Source of the DNA: Calcarisporiella thermophila CBS 279.70
Lineage: Eukaryota > Fungi > Calcarisporiellomycota
NCBI RefSeq assembly: GCF_041956535.1
Contig: NW_027192193.1
Coordinates: 276,437 to 340,436, forward strand
Reading direction: 5' to 3'
DNA: 64,000 bases
This document shows positions 1-13,414 of this stretch, one piece after another. The notes under the pieces were generated by a model that had not been told where the DNA came from, made no database searches, and saw nothing but the letters and a program-made list of their open reading frames with translations. Made by a program: the position numbers and the translations under genes. The first letter of the stretch is position 1. Each line of letters begins with the position of its first letter.

Positions 1-15
1 ACAATATAGAAATTT

Positions 16-87
16 GGGGCGTTGGCGCAATGGTAGCGCGTCCGCCTCCAGAGCGGAAGGTTGGGAGTTCGAGTCTCTCACGTCCCA
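16..87 (+). tRNA. tRNA-Trp (anticodon CCA), intronless
   Basis: Folds as a cloverleaf. Acceptor GGGGCGT/ACGTCCC; D stem GCGC/GCGC; 5-bp anticodon stem TCCGC/GCGGA with loop CTCCAGA; T arm GGGAG-TTCGAGT-CTCTC; discriminator A87. A T-run follows (Pol III terminator). Confidence 0.95.
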
Positions 88-347
88 TTTTTTCCTACAT
101 AATTTGCAATTTTCCAATTCTCTTTGGCGTATTTTTTTATAGTACATGGTCAAAAACTGCAATGTAAAGCTGGCACTTATAGTTTTGGAGGATCTAAATC
201 TTTATATTTAGTTTCGTATAAAGATAGGTATAGACGCGGGATGTTCGAGCTTTGTGCTGATCCTTCTCTGAGATACACACTGGTATCCTAAAAGCAGAGC
301 CATTTGTGACTTTATTTATCTTAGTAATTTAATAATTATGAATCTTT

Positions 348-363
348 ACGCGCGAAAACGCGT
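348..363. promoter_or_regulatory. Overlapping E2F/SCB-like (GCGCGAAA) and MCB (ACGCGT) G1/S-type elements
   Basis: ACGCGCGAAAACGCGT sits in otherwise very AT-rich DNA, about 120 bp upstream of the SEN1 ATG. Confidence 0.45.
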
Positions 364-484
364 TCTCTCATTAACTTGAATTCCAACAAGATCCTTTTTT
401 GCCCATGTTATTACTATAAAGCTAATAGAAAATTCAGATTACGGAAGTAATAAATAATAAATATATATTTTATTTCTCTCTCCC

Positions 485-3400
485 ATGGCCAATGGACCTT
501 CCGATCTGGAGTCACTCCTTCGTGGCCTTACTGAGACCACTGGCCGTGATCATCAGCAGTATATAAATCGAGCCCTCGCTTATCTACTCGATTTGCCAGA
601 TCGTTGCTGGTGGAGAAATTCAAAGCTTGGTCAGATTGCAAAGGAGCTCTTCTACACGCTTTCTCTTCCTACTCCCCAGAAATCGCTCGCTGTAAAATCC
701 CTTCTTGAAATCTGGGAAGAGCATTTAGGATGCTGCATGTTTTGTGTCAAACCATACTACCGGCTAGAAAATGAGTATATAGAGGGGTATGTATAGTATT
801 TGTTTGTTTTTGATAAAAGTGAACCGATTCGCTGTTTTGATGGTGGGCGACCTTGTTGTTTATGTTGACCCTATATATATATGGTCAAACACATGGTCGG
901 TGGATTGACACTGCTATTTATCGCTACTCACATTTTTCGCACTATTATTTATTATAGTCTCAAGAACAAATTTGAGGAGAGTAGCATTTTGGATTTTCAA
1001 AGACACCTAGCGCAATGGAATGCAAGTCGGATACATCGAAACTTAGAGAGCCTCATTAAGTCATTGAATGAATGCGTGCAAATCCATGATTCCCCTGATT
1101 TTTCCGATTCGACCGAAAGCTTGTTGGAACGAGTCCGATGTACACTATATGAGTTATTTCTTTACGATAAGTACTTAGGATGCATGGATATAAATGCACT
1201 TCTTCCTCAGTTGGTGTACGCACTTCAGCAGAATAATTTTAGGTGCTCGTTACCAACTCCCATCCTCCCAGGTTTGATACTCATACAGGCATATCCCGAT
1301 TCTAATGTGAGGACGTGGGCCAGACTTATGTTGTCGGCTGATGAAAATATGACCAAGTCAATAACTGGTGAAGACCTCGAGGAGCACGAACGGGAGCGTA
1401 TAAAGCAGGCGCTGATATCCTTGCTAAGCATAATGGTAGCCCCCACTAGAGACAAAATTATAATGAAGAATGAAAACACCCCATTCAACTTGGAGGTGCT
1501 GGATGACGAGATATGGAGCATACTTAACTCAGTTTTTAGAGTTCTTCCAGAGAATGTCACAATAGAGGGTGTAAAAGAGGTTCCAAATTTCCCAACTTTT
1601 ATACTCCAACGTATGCGCGAAGGGTCAGGGGAGTATCTCGATATTCTTGCAGTGTTCAACCAGTTGCTGCTAAAGCTGCGTGAAACGATGTGGGAGTTAT
1701 TGCCGAAAGAAAATCCAGTAGAAATTTTCAGAGAAACGCTTTCTAATCCACAGCTTCGCATGTTAATTAATGATGACCAAGACAGCGATGTGACAGAGAA
1801 TGCTTTTGGGTGGATACACTCACTAATTCTCTCAGTTATTGATACCAATTTGCTGTCTTCTCTTACTCAGCTAGCTGCAGAAACACTACTTGTTCAGATG
1901 CAGGAGGAACATTGGCCCCTATGGAGCCGGGCATTCACTCTAGAATTAGCACTTGATATATTGCTCTATTGCCACGAGGAGAAAGCCATCGCCTATCCTA
2001 TATCCGTTATACGTAAACATTCCAAACTCTTTGTCAATCTTGCATCTAACCAGCCTAGCGATCCCTGGGAATCCGCGCATCATCTTGCCTGCATTCTGAT
2101 CGAAACTGTGTTTACCCTTGATGCTCGGAAACTCAGCGCTATGTTTGTACGGCTACACAAGGGTTTAGAGTCAGAGAGCGTGGAGAAAGAATTTTGTAGC
2201 GAGATGTGGTCAGCCTTAGGAGGACTCACAACACTAATGTCAGGAAACACAAAGGCAGTACTTGCAGCACTCTATTCTTTTTCAAGAATTTCGTTGCTTG
2301 ATCCCGAGGCTCTCGCTGAGCTAAGGACATCGGAAGCAGGCAGTTTCGTGAGTTCGTCTCTAGTACATATTCGGAATCAAGTGCTTGCAATCCTCCAACA
2401 CATCTCTGATCAATCGGTTGTGCTCCCGGAACTTCTAAAGGAGGAAAAATTTGTCCGATCCATCGTTCGGTTCCTTGTCTGCTCTGATAAGGAGCTCCGA
2501 TCAGCTTCCGCCGAACTCCTTAAGCTTGCATTCGAGGTGAAGACAAATGTCGAAAGCTTCCGCATTTTGCTAGTCGAATACCAACTCAATACTGTAAAAG
2601 CCATGGTCGATGCCTTGGAGTCGTTTACAAAGCTCTTGACGTGTGGGTCACGTGTCCTCTGTGTGGTAGCTCCATTTTTCAATGCATTCCAAGGGTTGCT
2701 AACGGAGCTCTTAGAAGGAACTGGCTGGGCAACTCGCCAGATTGCTAATGAGCTTGAGGTGGCTCGCCTTGCGAGACTTCTGTGGAGAACTGCGTGGTTC
2801 TGCTTTGGAAAAATTGCTGATGCGATCCTCAATTGGTCAATGACAAAAGACCCCAAGATCGACCAACTGGTTGCAGCGATGCAGTCAGTTCAAGCTGCTG
2901 TGGTGTTGTTCACAAATAACACTCACATACTCATTCAGCTTGCCAGGGCGGATAATGAGGCTCTACCTCCGGTGTATTTGCCTTTAGATAGTACCTCTGA
3001 GGCGCTCGACCATTTGCATCGATGGCTGTACGCAAACGACAGGCGTGCATTGGACAATACTGTGCCGTTGATTTGCGTGGTGATAAATATTTTAGCGGAT
3101 GGAGAAGTCAATATGGGAGACGAGGCATACAAGAATTTGCAGCGCATCTCTACCGATCCGAAGCAATCTGTACTCTCGGATAAGCAAAGGAAAGATTTAG
3201 CAATTGCCCTCTCCGCTTACGACCGTAAGCTATCCAAAGAGGAGGCCATTGAAATTATCCCGGTGGACGACTTCGAAGAGTTCGATGATCTGATAGATAT
3301 CACAGATGATTTGAACAAGTTAATGGATTCTTATGAGACTTCACCTCATACGAGTAATCAGAACTCGGCGTCTGCAACCTCTGCTCCGCTCACTGCACAG

Positions 3401-6400
3401 CCTCCTCCTCCTCCTAAAGTAGTCCAAGTTAAATTAGATTCTCGAAACTGGAAAAATACTTCATCAACCAAAGCATTATCGTCGGGTTCTATTTCGCAGG
3501 CTTGGAAGAATTTAGGCCTAGCAAACTCTCGCCCTGCACCTGTAAGTAGGCCATTCTCATCTTCCGCGAATCGTGGTAGCACCACCGCACCCAAAGGTGG
3601 CTCCAAGTTGAACCAAATGCTTCAAGACTTCAAAAAGGATCGACGGCAACTGAACGAAGCAACGCGGTTTATCAAGGCGAAGAAGACGGTTTCTGCTACA
3701 CCGGTACGCAAATTAATGCCAATCCGAACCGATAGCCGTCGGGTTGCCCATGACCGAGTCAATAATGAATCCGATTCGGAATCAGACAGCTCGGATGACG
3801 GAGGCAGCGGCCTGTTGGATCTTGTGAAAGAGAATTCAGCCAAGAACAAAAAGGCAGGCATTCGAAGCTATCGAGAAATGGAGAGCGAAAGGCGGCGTAC
3901 AGTGATGTTAGAAGATCCTCACTTAAATATAACGCGTTTTGAGCACCGTAATCGGCTCCAGTATCAAGAGGCCATTCGTGCCCGGCTTACTCCAAGCTTG
4001 AGCGGATTACACAAGACGGTTTTGTCTTGGGACCTGGGTGCAACTGGCCCACTTCCCCCTAATATCTCTCGCGATAATCTTCGTCAAGTACCCGATAAGT
4101 TTTCGGACGTGGACGAGTACGTCGGTGTCTTCGAGCCCTTGCTAATCCTTGAGTGTTGGCAGCAACTGCTTCGTGCCAAAGAAGAGACGAACGCGGTCGA
4201 TGCTATTGAATGCAAGATTAAAACTCGTTCATCAGTGGACGATTTCACCGATATCACATTCCAGGTGTCAGTCGTGGACTCGAAATCGCTTGGGGAGCAT
4301 GATCTCCTGTATTTCACCATCCCAGATAATGTCAACATCACGAGTAACGGACTTAAGGGGACTGCGGATTCCAAACGGCGGAAAGGCTTCATGGGCAAGG
4401 TGCAGAGTGTAACTACACGACGAGACCGGCACGACCATCAGAATCCCATATCCGGAGAAATCGTAGTGCGAAGTTACTTCGGGCTGAAAGATGCCCACTT
4501 TGCAGCCATTTTGATCCCGGGGTCAAGTCTAAATTGTATACGCTTGTTCAGGTAATGTTAAGCTCTTGTGCAAACAATCTACTTGGATATCCATTTTTTT
4601 CGATACCAAATGCTATATAGCTTGGTAACTGTACATCGCGAGTATGCTGCTCTTCATGGTCTCGCATATTACGACCTGTGTGAGTGTATTCTTAATCCAA
4701 CCGGGTCCAAGCGAACTTTTCCGAAGGTGGAAGAGCTCGAGAAATACATGCGAACGTTCAATGTTAATCAGCCACAGGCCGAAGCCATCATCGGTGCTAT
4801 TCGTCAACCTTCTGGGTTTACCCTGATCCAAGGGCCGCCGGGGACGGGCAAGACGAAAACGACGCTTAGTTTAATTGGGTCATTCCTTTCCAACAGTATT
4901 GAGCCTCCTGATGTGTCTTCGATAACTGCTCAGGCACCAGAATTGAAGACGCCGAAGCCACGCAAGCTTCTTGTATGCGCCCCCAGTAACGCGGCTGTGG
5001 ACGAAATCGTGAAACGTTTGAAGGCTGGCATTCTGGATGCATCGGGAGAAAAAATATTCCCACGAGTGGTGCGCATCGGTGCAATTGACAAAGTCAGCCC
5101 TGGGGTGCTCGATCTCACAATTGAGCGCTTGGTAGAGAGTGAGATGAACCCCAGCAATCCCGAGTACAATAAGGCCCAGTCTGAGATGAGCGACGCCAAG
5201 GGTCAGACGGAGATGTTGCGGGAAGCCCTTCGCAAGATTGCCAATCAACGAGACGAGCGCATGGTCAAACTCGTGCAGGCACAAAAGGATAACGATCTCA
5301 TTTTAGAGGCGAGTCTTGAGTCGGAGCTGAAGGCGCTTAACGATAAGAAGCGTCGGATAGTGCAGCGCCTTGATGCAGAGAAGGAGCGATCAGAATCCAA
5401 GGCCGCGGCAGTCGATATCTTGCGATCCAAAATCAGGAGCAGGATCCTGGATGAGGCTGACATTATATGCACCACGCTTAGTGGAAGTGGCCACGAACTT
5501 CTCACCTCATTTACTGGGGGCTTCGGCACGGTGATAATCGATGAGGCCGCGCAGTCGGTGGAGTTGAGCTCACTAATTCCATTGAAGTATCGATGCAGGA
5601 AATGTATCATGGTAGGAGGTATGTGTGCTCGTCCCCCATACACTGCTAGATGAGTTTTTTTTTTTCCGAAGGACTAATAAGAATTCGGTCCTTTTGTGCA
5701 TAGATCCAAATCAGCTTCCACCCACAGTGCTCTCCCAACTTGCGGCTGAATACAGCTATGAGCAGAGTCTTTTCGTCCGCATTCAGAAAAATTGCCCCGA
5801 GTCCGTTTATCTACTAAGGTATGTCTACCTTTGAGCCACCAGTTAAGTCGGAGTGACATCTTGCTAACATGGATAATGTAGCATCCAATACCGTATGCAT
5901 CCAGATATCAGCTACTTCCCCAGTCGCCTCTTCTACGAGTCGCGTCTCACAGACGGCCCCCACATGAAAGAAATAACTCAGGCCACATGGCATAGCCATG
6001 CGCTATTTGGCCCCTATCGTTTTTTTGACGTGCACCGAGGACGGGAGGCACAAGGCGTAAGCCATTCGCTCTACAACACAACTGAGGCTTTAGTGGCAGC
6101 CAATTTGCTCCAGATGCTTGCCACTGAGTTCCCAAAGACACCGGTAAAGATGGAGCTTTGCTTACCGCTCTTCTTTGTCCAATAACGTCAGGGATGAACC
6201 TGTGTTTTCTCCTTAACATAGCTTGCCAATCGAGTTGGTGTTATTACCCCCTATAAACAGCAACTACGAGAGCTCAAGCGGGTATTTGAATCCAGATTTG
6301 GCAAAGGCATCCTGAGTGTAGTCGACTTCAATACAGTCGTATGTATTTTTGCTATTTATTTTTTTCACTCTAATTGTTTCGAGGCGAAGTGTTCTATGGG

Positions 6401-7656
6401 TTCTACTTTTTCTATTCTTTTTTTTTTCATCCCACAGGATGGCTTCCAAGGACAAGAGAAAGACATTATCATATTTTCCTGCGTCCGTGCCAGCGGTGGT
6501 AAGCGAGATCATTTGCATGGATTGCTGCACGATACCCAGATATTGACGTTTTTTTTCACCCCTTTAAATAGAATCAGGGGTTGGCTTCTTGGCCGATGTT
6601 CGCCGTATGAACGTTGGCTTAACTCGCGCGCGCTCTTCCATTTTCATCCTTGGGCATGCCAAGTCTTTGCTGAGGAACCGCATGTGGAAAGCGCTGGTCC
6701 TCGATGCTGAAAAGAGAAAGTTAATTATATCGGTGTGTAATCGTGGTGGTTAGTCTAGTGGTTCCCAAGCTAAATACACTCCTCCTTTAGTGTGACGTAT
6801 CCACGTTTGGAAGCAAGTCCAATGACTTTAACAATCTTTTCGAGGTCGACAACTCACCCCCCAAGGCAATCAACTTGCCCCCCGAAGTGATCAGCATCAA
6901 GGTGCCGAAGAGCGAAGAGAGCCTTGACGCCCAAGCACCCGTTCGCCACCAAAAAGACGCGGAAAAGTCGCCGTCCCTTGATTTGGATAGTGCGACCGAG
7001 GAGAGAGCAATGCAAGTCGATCAGCCCGAAGGAAACATCCCGAAACCTGATACTCCGGAGCCGAAAAAGCGGCCCAATGAGGAAGGAGGAGCGTCTGCTT
7101 CTGATAGCGACAGCAAACGTATGAGGACGAAATCTGCTGATAGCACCACCGATAAGCAACAAGGAGCTCGGCCCAAGGTATATTGATGAATACGCTTCTT
7201 TTCAGAACTCGTTGCTTACCAATTGCCCATCTGCTTTATTTCCTAGATTCCTCCGCGAATGGCACCCAAGAAAATTGAACCTAACATCTTCATCAATCGG
7301 AAACCAAAAAAGGTAAACTCCCCTCCAATCCTGTTTTGCGGCCCGCCTCTAACGAATGTTCTCTCTAGCAAAAAATAGAGCCCCTCCCTGCCACATCGGT
7401 GCGCCAACGACTCAACGAAAAGAGGATTGGTCCCTCGCCCGTTCATCCCCCATCCAACCGCCCCCCCAGCATCCAACGGGGTTCCTCGGCCAATTCTTCT
7501 GGCCAACCGCATACCCAACCCTCCCATTCCCTTCCGCATCCAAATCATCGATCGAGCTCGACCGGATCACTAAAATCCCGCCGTGGTCCCCCGCCGAAGG
7601 CGCGTCAGCAGGAAGTGAATTTGGATGAGATTTTAAAGAGCATGGAGAAAAGATGA
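485..7656 (+). CDS. SEN1: Sen1/senataxin-like SF1 RNA/DNA helicase (multi-exon)
   Basis: Long helical N-terminal domain, then Walker A QGPPGTGKT, LVCAPSNAAVDE, IIDEAAQ, GDPNQLPP, QYRMHPDI, VDGFQGQEKD and RMNVGLTRAR. First intron 787-957 is phase-consistent; further GT-AG introns join the ORF-track fragments. Low-complexity C-terminus ends in TGA at 7654-7656. Confidence 0.92.
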
Positions 7657-8480
7657 ACCTCCTATAGACACACTAGCCACTCAGCATTGGCTGAGCCTGC
7701 TATCGCGGCTATTTTGTTATTATTGAATATTGTACATTTCTTTCTATGTTCCACTCTCCTGCACCTTTTTGTTTTTCTTCTATACCAATCAATAGAAATT
7801 CCCATGCATGGAAATGCTAATCGAATAGCGAGATATGCATCCTAAGACGATAGCCACCGTGACCAATGTGCTCGGAGGTGGGGTGAGAATTTCACTCCCG
7901 TCCCTCACCGAAACCCCCATTCAAACTCGAAGAATTTTCCACTAACGTCCCGGCAACTATACAGGCCAAATAGGGTAGGCGGAATTTATTGACAAATTGA
8001 GCCGTTTCGTCTAGTCCATATTAGCCCACCACTGCCTCTATATAGGAAAGTGCTTACTCTCACATGCATTGAAATTTCCATTGTGTTCCTAGTCCAATCC
8101 ATAGCGCTGGGCCGCTATATTTTGGGCCCATAGAAACAAACGCACTTGTTTTCAAGAGCACAACCTCCCTTTTGTTAGTGGTGCTCTGAGATCTTTTCTT
8201 GGTCATTCCATCATACACACCACTTTGCACATGAACTGGGGGTGAGATAGGGTGCACCTGACGAAAACTGCAACGCAACGGTCCCCTTCATTATGTAATG
8301 GCAGTGCCATTTTACAAAAGATATTTAAAGGCTCCCCTTTTCGCGCATTCTACTGCTAGTCATCATCATTTTATCCGTTGCTCGACGCTCCAAAGATATT
8401 TAATTAGGTAATCCTCCCCCACACTGTCCGTAAATGAAATGTTACCATTTGACTTTAATTGCCACTGCTATTGGATAGGT

Positions 8481-8759
8481 ATGAAGCTTGCTACGTCATT
8501 GATTGGCCTCACATTTGCGTGGATGTTTGCCACCGCTGCAGCCGAGTGGGAGTGCAATGAAAACAATAGCCTAGGTGATATGAGGGTCAACGCGTGCCGC
8601 AGCAACAACTACTTCTGTGTTAATCGATTCTCCAACGTCAACAACAACGGGGTGAAGGCCTTCTGCGTGCGTGCTAGCGACTACGGGGGCCAAGGCCTTC
8701 TAGCCAGGTGTCAGTGCTATTCCAACGTTCATTTCGACAGGCCATACCCCAGGAAATAA
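8481..8759 (+). CDS. Small secreted cysteine-rich protein (92 aa, 6 Cys), unknown function
   Basis: Signal-peptide-like N-terminus MKLATSLIGLTFAWMFATAAA and six Cys in a mature region of about 71 aa. Upstream TATTTAAA (~8322) and a probable 5'-UTR intron (GTAATC ~8408 to TAG 8478). Confidence 0.75.
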   Translation: MKLATSLIGLTFAWMFATAAAEWECNENNSLGDMRVNACRSNNYFCVNRFSNVNNNGVKAFCVRASDYGGQGLLARCQCYSNVHFDRPYPRK

Positions 8760-9822
8760 CTTCACCCACACAACGGGTATTGCCAAGTGCTAAGCCTTGA
8801 AAACATATTATTGTTTATTGTTCTCATTAATATATTGAAATAAAGTGAGAAGTTAGACTCGCTATGATTGAGAAGCTTGCTGCTAGTTGGCATCGCGTAT
8901 TTTTTGTTGTGGGGTTAAGGCATTCTTTTGGGAGAGAATACAGCCAAATGTAGTGCGCTAAATAGTTCGTCCGCCTGCTGCTCAGTACTCCCGATAGAAA
9001 GAATGCGAGCCAATAGGAAGTTTCATCAAACGATTTGCGTGAGTTAGCGATGCTAAATATGCTCGATATATTAGTCATGACCCTGTACACGTGCACTTGC
9101 AAGAATCCAGCTCGTTGTACATGACGGAGAGGGATGTTCGTGGACATTTTTCTGTTGAAGACACCAGGCTGCCACTTCAACTATCCAAACATTTCCCGAC
9201 AATCTGATTTTTTACATTCTGCGCAAGGCTAAGCGCTATGAGTGGAGGTGGGTGGGAGCGGCTGTCCTGAGAAATGATCTGATTCTTTATATCCCAACCT
9301 TGCTAATTGGAACGGGGTGAGATAGATTCCACAACCTATGCATATGCATTGCAGCTGTCAAAAACATGCCTTGATGAACGCACCGCTTTTCGGGCCATCC
9401 CTTGGATTTGCTAATTTCCTCGGGTGGCGCAAGAAGTGGTCGCTATCAGCTCATCTATTTATTTTAAGATCCTTGTGTGTTTGGAACTCTATATTAGAGT
9501 CCATAGTTGTGCACTGAAATTGCTCTGAATAGAAATAGGTTTACTTAATGCTCACTTGATATATAGATATCATTGGCTATTGTTGGAGTTTTGTCTTTTT
9601 TCCTTTTCTCCACTTCGTTTTTTTCCTTTTTCTTTCTACCTTCCTTTTTTTTTTCCTTTTTCCCTCCCTCTCCTTTAACCCCTGCTATATTCCGCTGGTA
9701 ACGCATTCCTTTTTGTGCTTAATTTCAGTCCAATTCGCACTACCACCCCTCTTTGTATTTGTTTCCACCACCATAGACTAGTGGGTCCATTCTCAAGAAG
9801 AGTCTTGGCTAACGAGTAAAGC

Positions 9823-10671
9823 ATGCAAATGCTGCAGAGGAGATCTAGCCATCAGTATTTTCGCCGCCAAAGGAGCGAAGACCAGGCTCCCTTCCAGAGC
9901 AAGGCGGATCCCGCCACGCCTAAGAACGACCCCACCACAAAAGAAACGACCCCACCACCCCCAGAGTCTACTCCGGAGAAGTCCAAGCAGACTACACAGT
10001 CCACCCCGCCAGAGCCTTCGGGTCCCAATAAATCCGATAAATCTACACCGAGTCCGGGCAAGAACACACAGTCGGCGCCTGCACCACCTCCTACCCTCAC
10101 CATGACCAAAACTACCGTGATAGGCGAAACACCGTTGAAGACACCTTCGCAGCCATCGTCGAAGAATTCATCCTCTTTAAAACCACCGGTGAACCCCTCT
10201 CTTTTGCCGCCTTCCTCCCATAACCCGTTTTCCACATTCGTGCCCTCCACATCCGCCTCGAACTCGCTCGACGCCCCACTCGCGTCCACCTCGGCTAGCT
10301 TAGTGAAGCACGATGGGCAGAATGGAGAGCAGAAAGCAGACGATGGGGGCACAGTGCAGTAAGTTCCAGCGCTAACCTTAAGCTAAAGCCTAGGTTCTCA
10401 TCTGATGCCCATTAGGTTTATGACGATTGGAATTGCCGTTGGGTGTGCCGTATTAGCAGCGGGCATTGGTATTTATATTTTCAGGAAATGGAAGCTCTCT
10501 GTAAGTTATTCGTTCAGCTCTTCTTGCATTTGTTTGCTAACTGGGATGGCGATGACGATCCAATAGCCCTCGAGGAGCTTCAAGGATAAGTTTTTGCCTG
10601 AAGATTCATACCATTTCGAGGGTACACGGGAGAAAGATCCTAGCTACCTCCGGAATCTGAAAGAGCCATAG
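9823..10671 (+). CDS. Ser/Thr/Pro-rich single-pass membrane protein (Mid2/Skg6-like surface sensor); start uncertain
   Basis: S/T/P-rich ORF spliced in frame (introns 10359-10415 and 10501-10566) to TM segment FMTIGIAVGCAVLAAGIGIYIF followed by basic RKWK and a short tail ending in TAG at 10671. An upstream signal-peptide exon could not be identified. Confidence 0.6.
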
Positions 10672-11107
10672 AGATGGATGGATCTCGGGCTGGATATTTG
10701 TATTATTATCATGATACCGTCAAGATGACCACTTCTAGTAACATAGCGTAATCGTAATAAAGTGTACCATTCTTTCATCTCCACTCGCATCATGTGCGAA
10801 ATTCATCATTGGGGCATCTCGATTTGGCGAGGCCTATCCATCCATCTCAAAGCCTCCGCTTTAGATATGTTCTGGAAATGGATCGTGTTAAATAAAACAA
10901 TAGATAGAGGTTTAAATTATTGTTTCAGTACAAGTAGAATATCAAATGACAATGATGTGAGTGAATAAAAGAGATAAAGTAATGGGCTTCTAAGACTAGG
11001 AAAATGTGCAAGATGTACCAACGTCTCCATGGGTAGGGGCAAAAGATAACTCCGTTGCACTCTTTCGTTTATTATTTTCTTATAAATAACGAGGGGAGGG
11101 GAGGGAA

Positions 11108-12314
11108 TTAGAGCAGGAGGGAGGCGACGAAACCAGCGAAGCCAAGGAATCCGAATCCAAGAACCTTGGATGCGTCCGAAGTCTTGGCGGGGCCGGCCGA
11201 TTGAGCGGCGGCGGGGGCGGACGACTTGGAGGAAGCCTGCTGGGTGTTAGCCTGGGGGACTACCTGCTGGGGAACCACCGACTGGGAAACAACGGGGGCG
11301 GCGGAGGAGGAGGAGGCGGGGACCACAACAGAAGAGGAGGCAGGGAGGGAGGAGGCAGCGCTGGAGGCAGGGCCGTCACGGTAGGCGGAGGCCTCGCCAA
11401 TGCACTGGCTGGCAAGAATGGGCTTGTAGCCAGCCTTGACCAGCTTGGGGATGTTGGAGATGGCGATATCGACAGTCTCCTTGGCGTGATCGTGCTCAAG
11501 GGAGAGAACGCCGGTCTGGCGGGTGGCGAACTCGCCGATGGGCTTGGCGAAGTTGGCAATCACCTGAGGGATGGTGATTTCCTTGCTGCGGATCTTCCAG
11601 TCGTTGCTAGAGTAGAGAGGAGGGGGGTGGGGGAGGAGAGGTCAGAGGATGCGGGGGGAGGGAGGCCGGCCTTATTGCATGTACTTACGTGTCCACGTCC
11701 CACTGGAAGATCTTGTAGCCGAGCTGGGCGGCAATGTCGCGCACACGGTCGTCCATGTCACCCTGAGGCGGGCGGATGTACTTGATGCGCTTGCCGACGG
11801 CCTGGAAGATGGCCTCCTCGGTCCACTTGAGCTCGGAGATGATCTGCTCGTTGGTGAGGGTGGTGAGCGGGGTATGCGACCAGGTGTGACCAGCGAGCTC
11901 GTGGCCCTCGGCGTAGGCGCGCTTGACGAGGTCGGGGAACTTGCGGACCTGGGAGCCCATGAGGAAGAAGGTCACCTTGAGGTTGTTCTGCTTGAGGAAG
12001 TCAAGGAGGGCGGGGGTGAACTCGGTGGGTCCGTCGTCGAAGGTCAGGGCCCACTGGCCCTTAGGGCAGGTGGCGACGTCGGTCTTGTTGGTGCGGAGGC
12101 AGGTGGTGCAGGTCCAGTGGCAGAAGGGGTCGGCACCGCCCTCGGCGCATTTAGCGCCGACGGGGGCCTTGGCCACCTTGGAGGCGTCGACCAGGGAGAG
12201 CCACTCGGGGGCGGCGGGGGGGGTGGTATCGATGGTGGGCAGAGTCAGGGGCTGCTGGGCCACGGCGACGGCGGCCATGGAGGCGGCGACAACGAAGAGC
12301 GTCTTGGAGACCAT
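11108..12314 (-). CDS. Chitin deacetylase (CE4/NodB), secreted and probably GPI-anchored
   Basis: Motifs TFDDGP, HTWSH, IRPPQG, DTNDW and LEHD. Signal peptide, Ser/Ala-rich stalk and hydrophobic C-terminus. One intron, 11607-11688. Confidence 0.92.
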
Positions 12315-13414
12315 ATTAGCGGAACGATAGGAAGGGGGTATTAAGGAGGAGGTATTCTATTCGGAAGGGAAAACAAACAAGAAGAGGGGGGGAGGAGAGG
12401 AGCCGCTGGCCGGCCGTGAATTTTTATAGCAAAGCCTAAAACTCTCCATGGCCGATACACAAGTGATTAGGGGGCCTCCACTCTCTCCTCCCGCCTTGCC
12501 AAATTCATCCTCCTTTCACGCGGTGTCTCCACCCATTGGTCGCTGTGTAATCCGGTGGATATCTGTTTGGGGGAAACTCCGGCCAAAAAGGATCCTAAGT
12601 GTCTGTGTGTCACTTATCTTAATTGAGAGACCAATTGTGCTTGTGGACTCCCGTTTCCCTAGTAGCGTATAGTCATCGCCCGTCGAACATTGTAGAAGAG
12701 GAGCCCGTTTAAAAATAATATCGGCTGGCACGAGAAGGGCTTAGCCTGGTGTGCTGAACACTCGCGTGTGCTAATATTAGCAAAAGCGACGGGGGACAAG
12801 GTTTGAGGACGATCTGGATTGGGATGGGCGGGCGGGGGGCCTTGCTCGATTGTAACGATAATAATGTTTGAGATGGCGAAAGCGTAAGCTTTCTTTTGTT
12901 CTATTCTTCTTCGACCCAGGAATTTTCCTACGAGCTTGTCAGCGTAACATAGCAAGCTGCTATTTATAACCTCTGGAGATGGCGGGTCATCCCCGCCTTC
13001 CCCATCAAGATTTGTGCTCCATGCATTGGCATTTCTCGAGACATTTCGCAAACCAAACAGATGCCATCGGCATCCCATCTCCATCTGTCACATTCTCTCT
13101 CCGCTTTATTGTATAAACATCAACCCTCATTCTTGAGGGGAAAACATAGTAAGCCTGGGGTTCACTCAAACATGACCCACTCCAATGCCTTGTACAAATG
13201 TTTAAAAGCACACACTTTGTCCAGAGATTGTCCCAGGACTTGCTCCAATGTCGGTTGGATTGGCCGCACAGCAGACCGCTAGTGTCTGTTCCAATCTTAA
13301 CCTAACCTAGTCGTGAATTTCATTCATGTGAAATAGGCGCGGCAAAAAGTTAGGGAATATTCCTTCCCCCCCCCCCCTCATTGCCTTGCCATTTTCCCAG
13401 TTGCTCTCTACATA

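Noticed and set aside
16-87. tRNA-Trp as a UGA suppressor explaining the NRPS internal TGA
   Set aside because: The anticodon stem is a normal 5 bp and the D stem has G24. TGA is a true stop in SEN1, the acyl-CoA dehydrogenase and RHO1. The expected NRPS residue is Arg.
9075-9250. Minus-strand Cys-rich frame (KCLDS*SG...KC...SCKCTC) downstream of a TATAAA, suggesting a defensin-like or selenocysteine peptide
   Set aside because: No in-frame ATG, no full signal peptide and no recognisable SECIS. It could be a decayed paralogue but is not distinguishable from chance.
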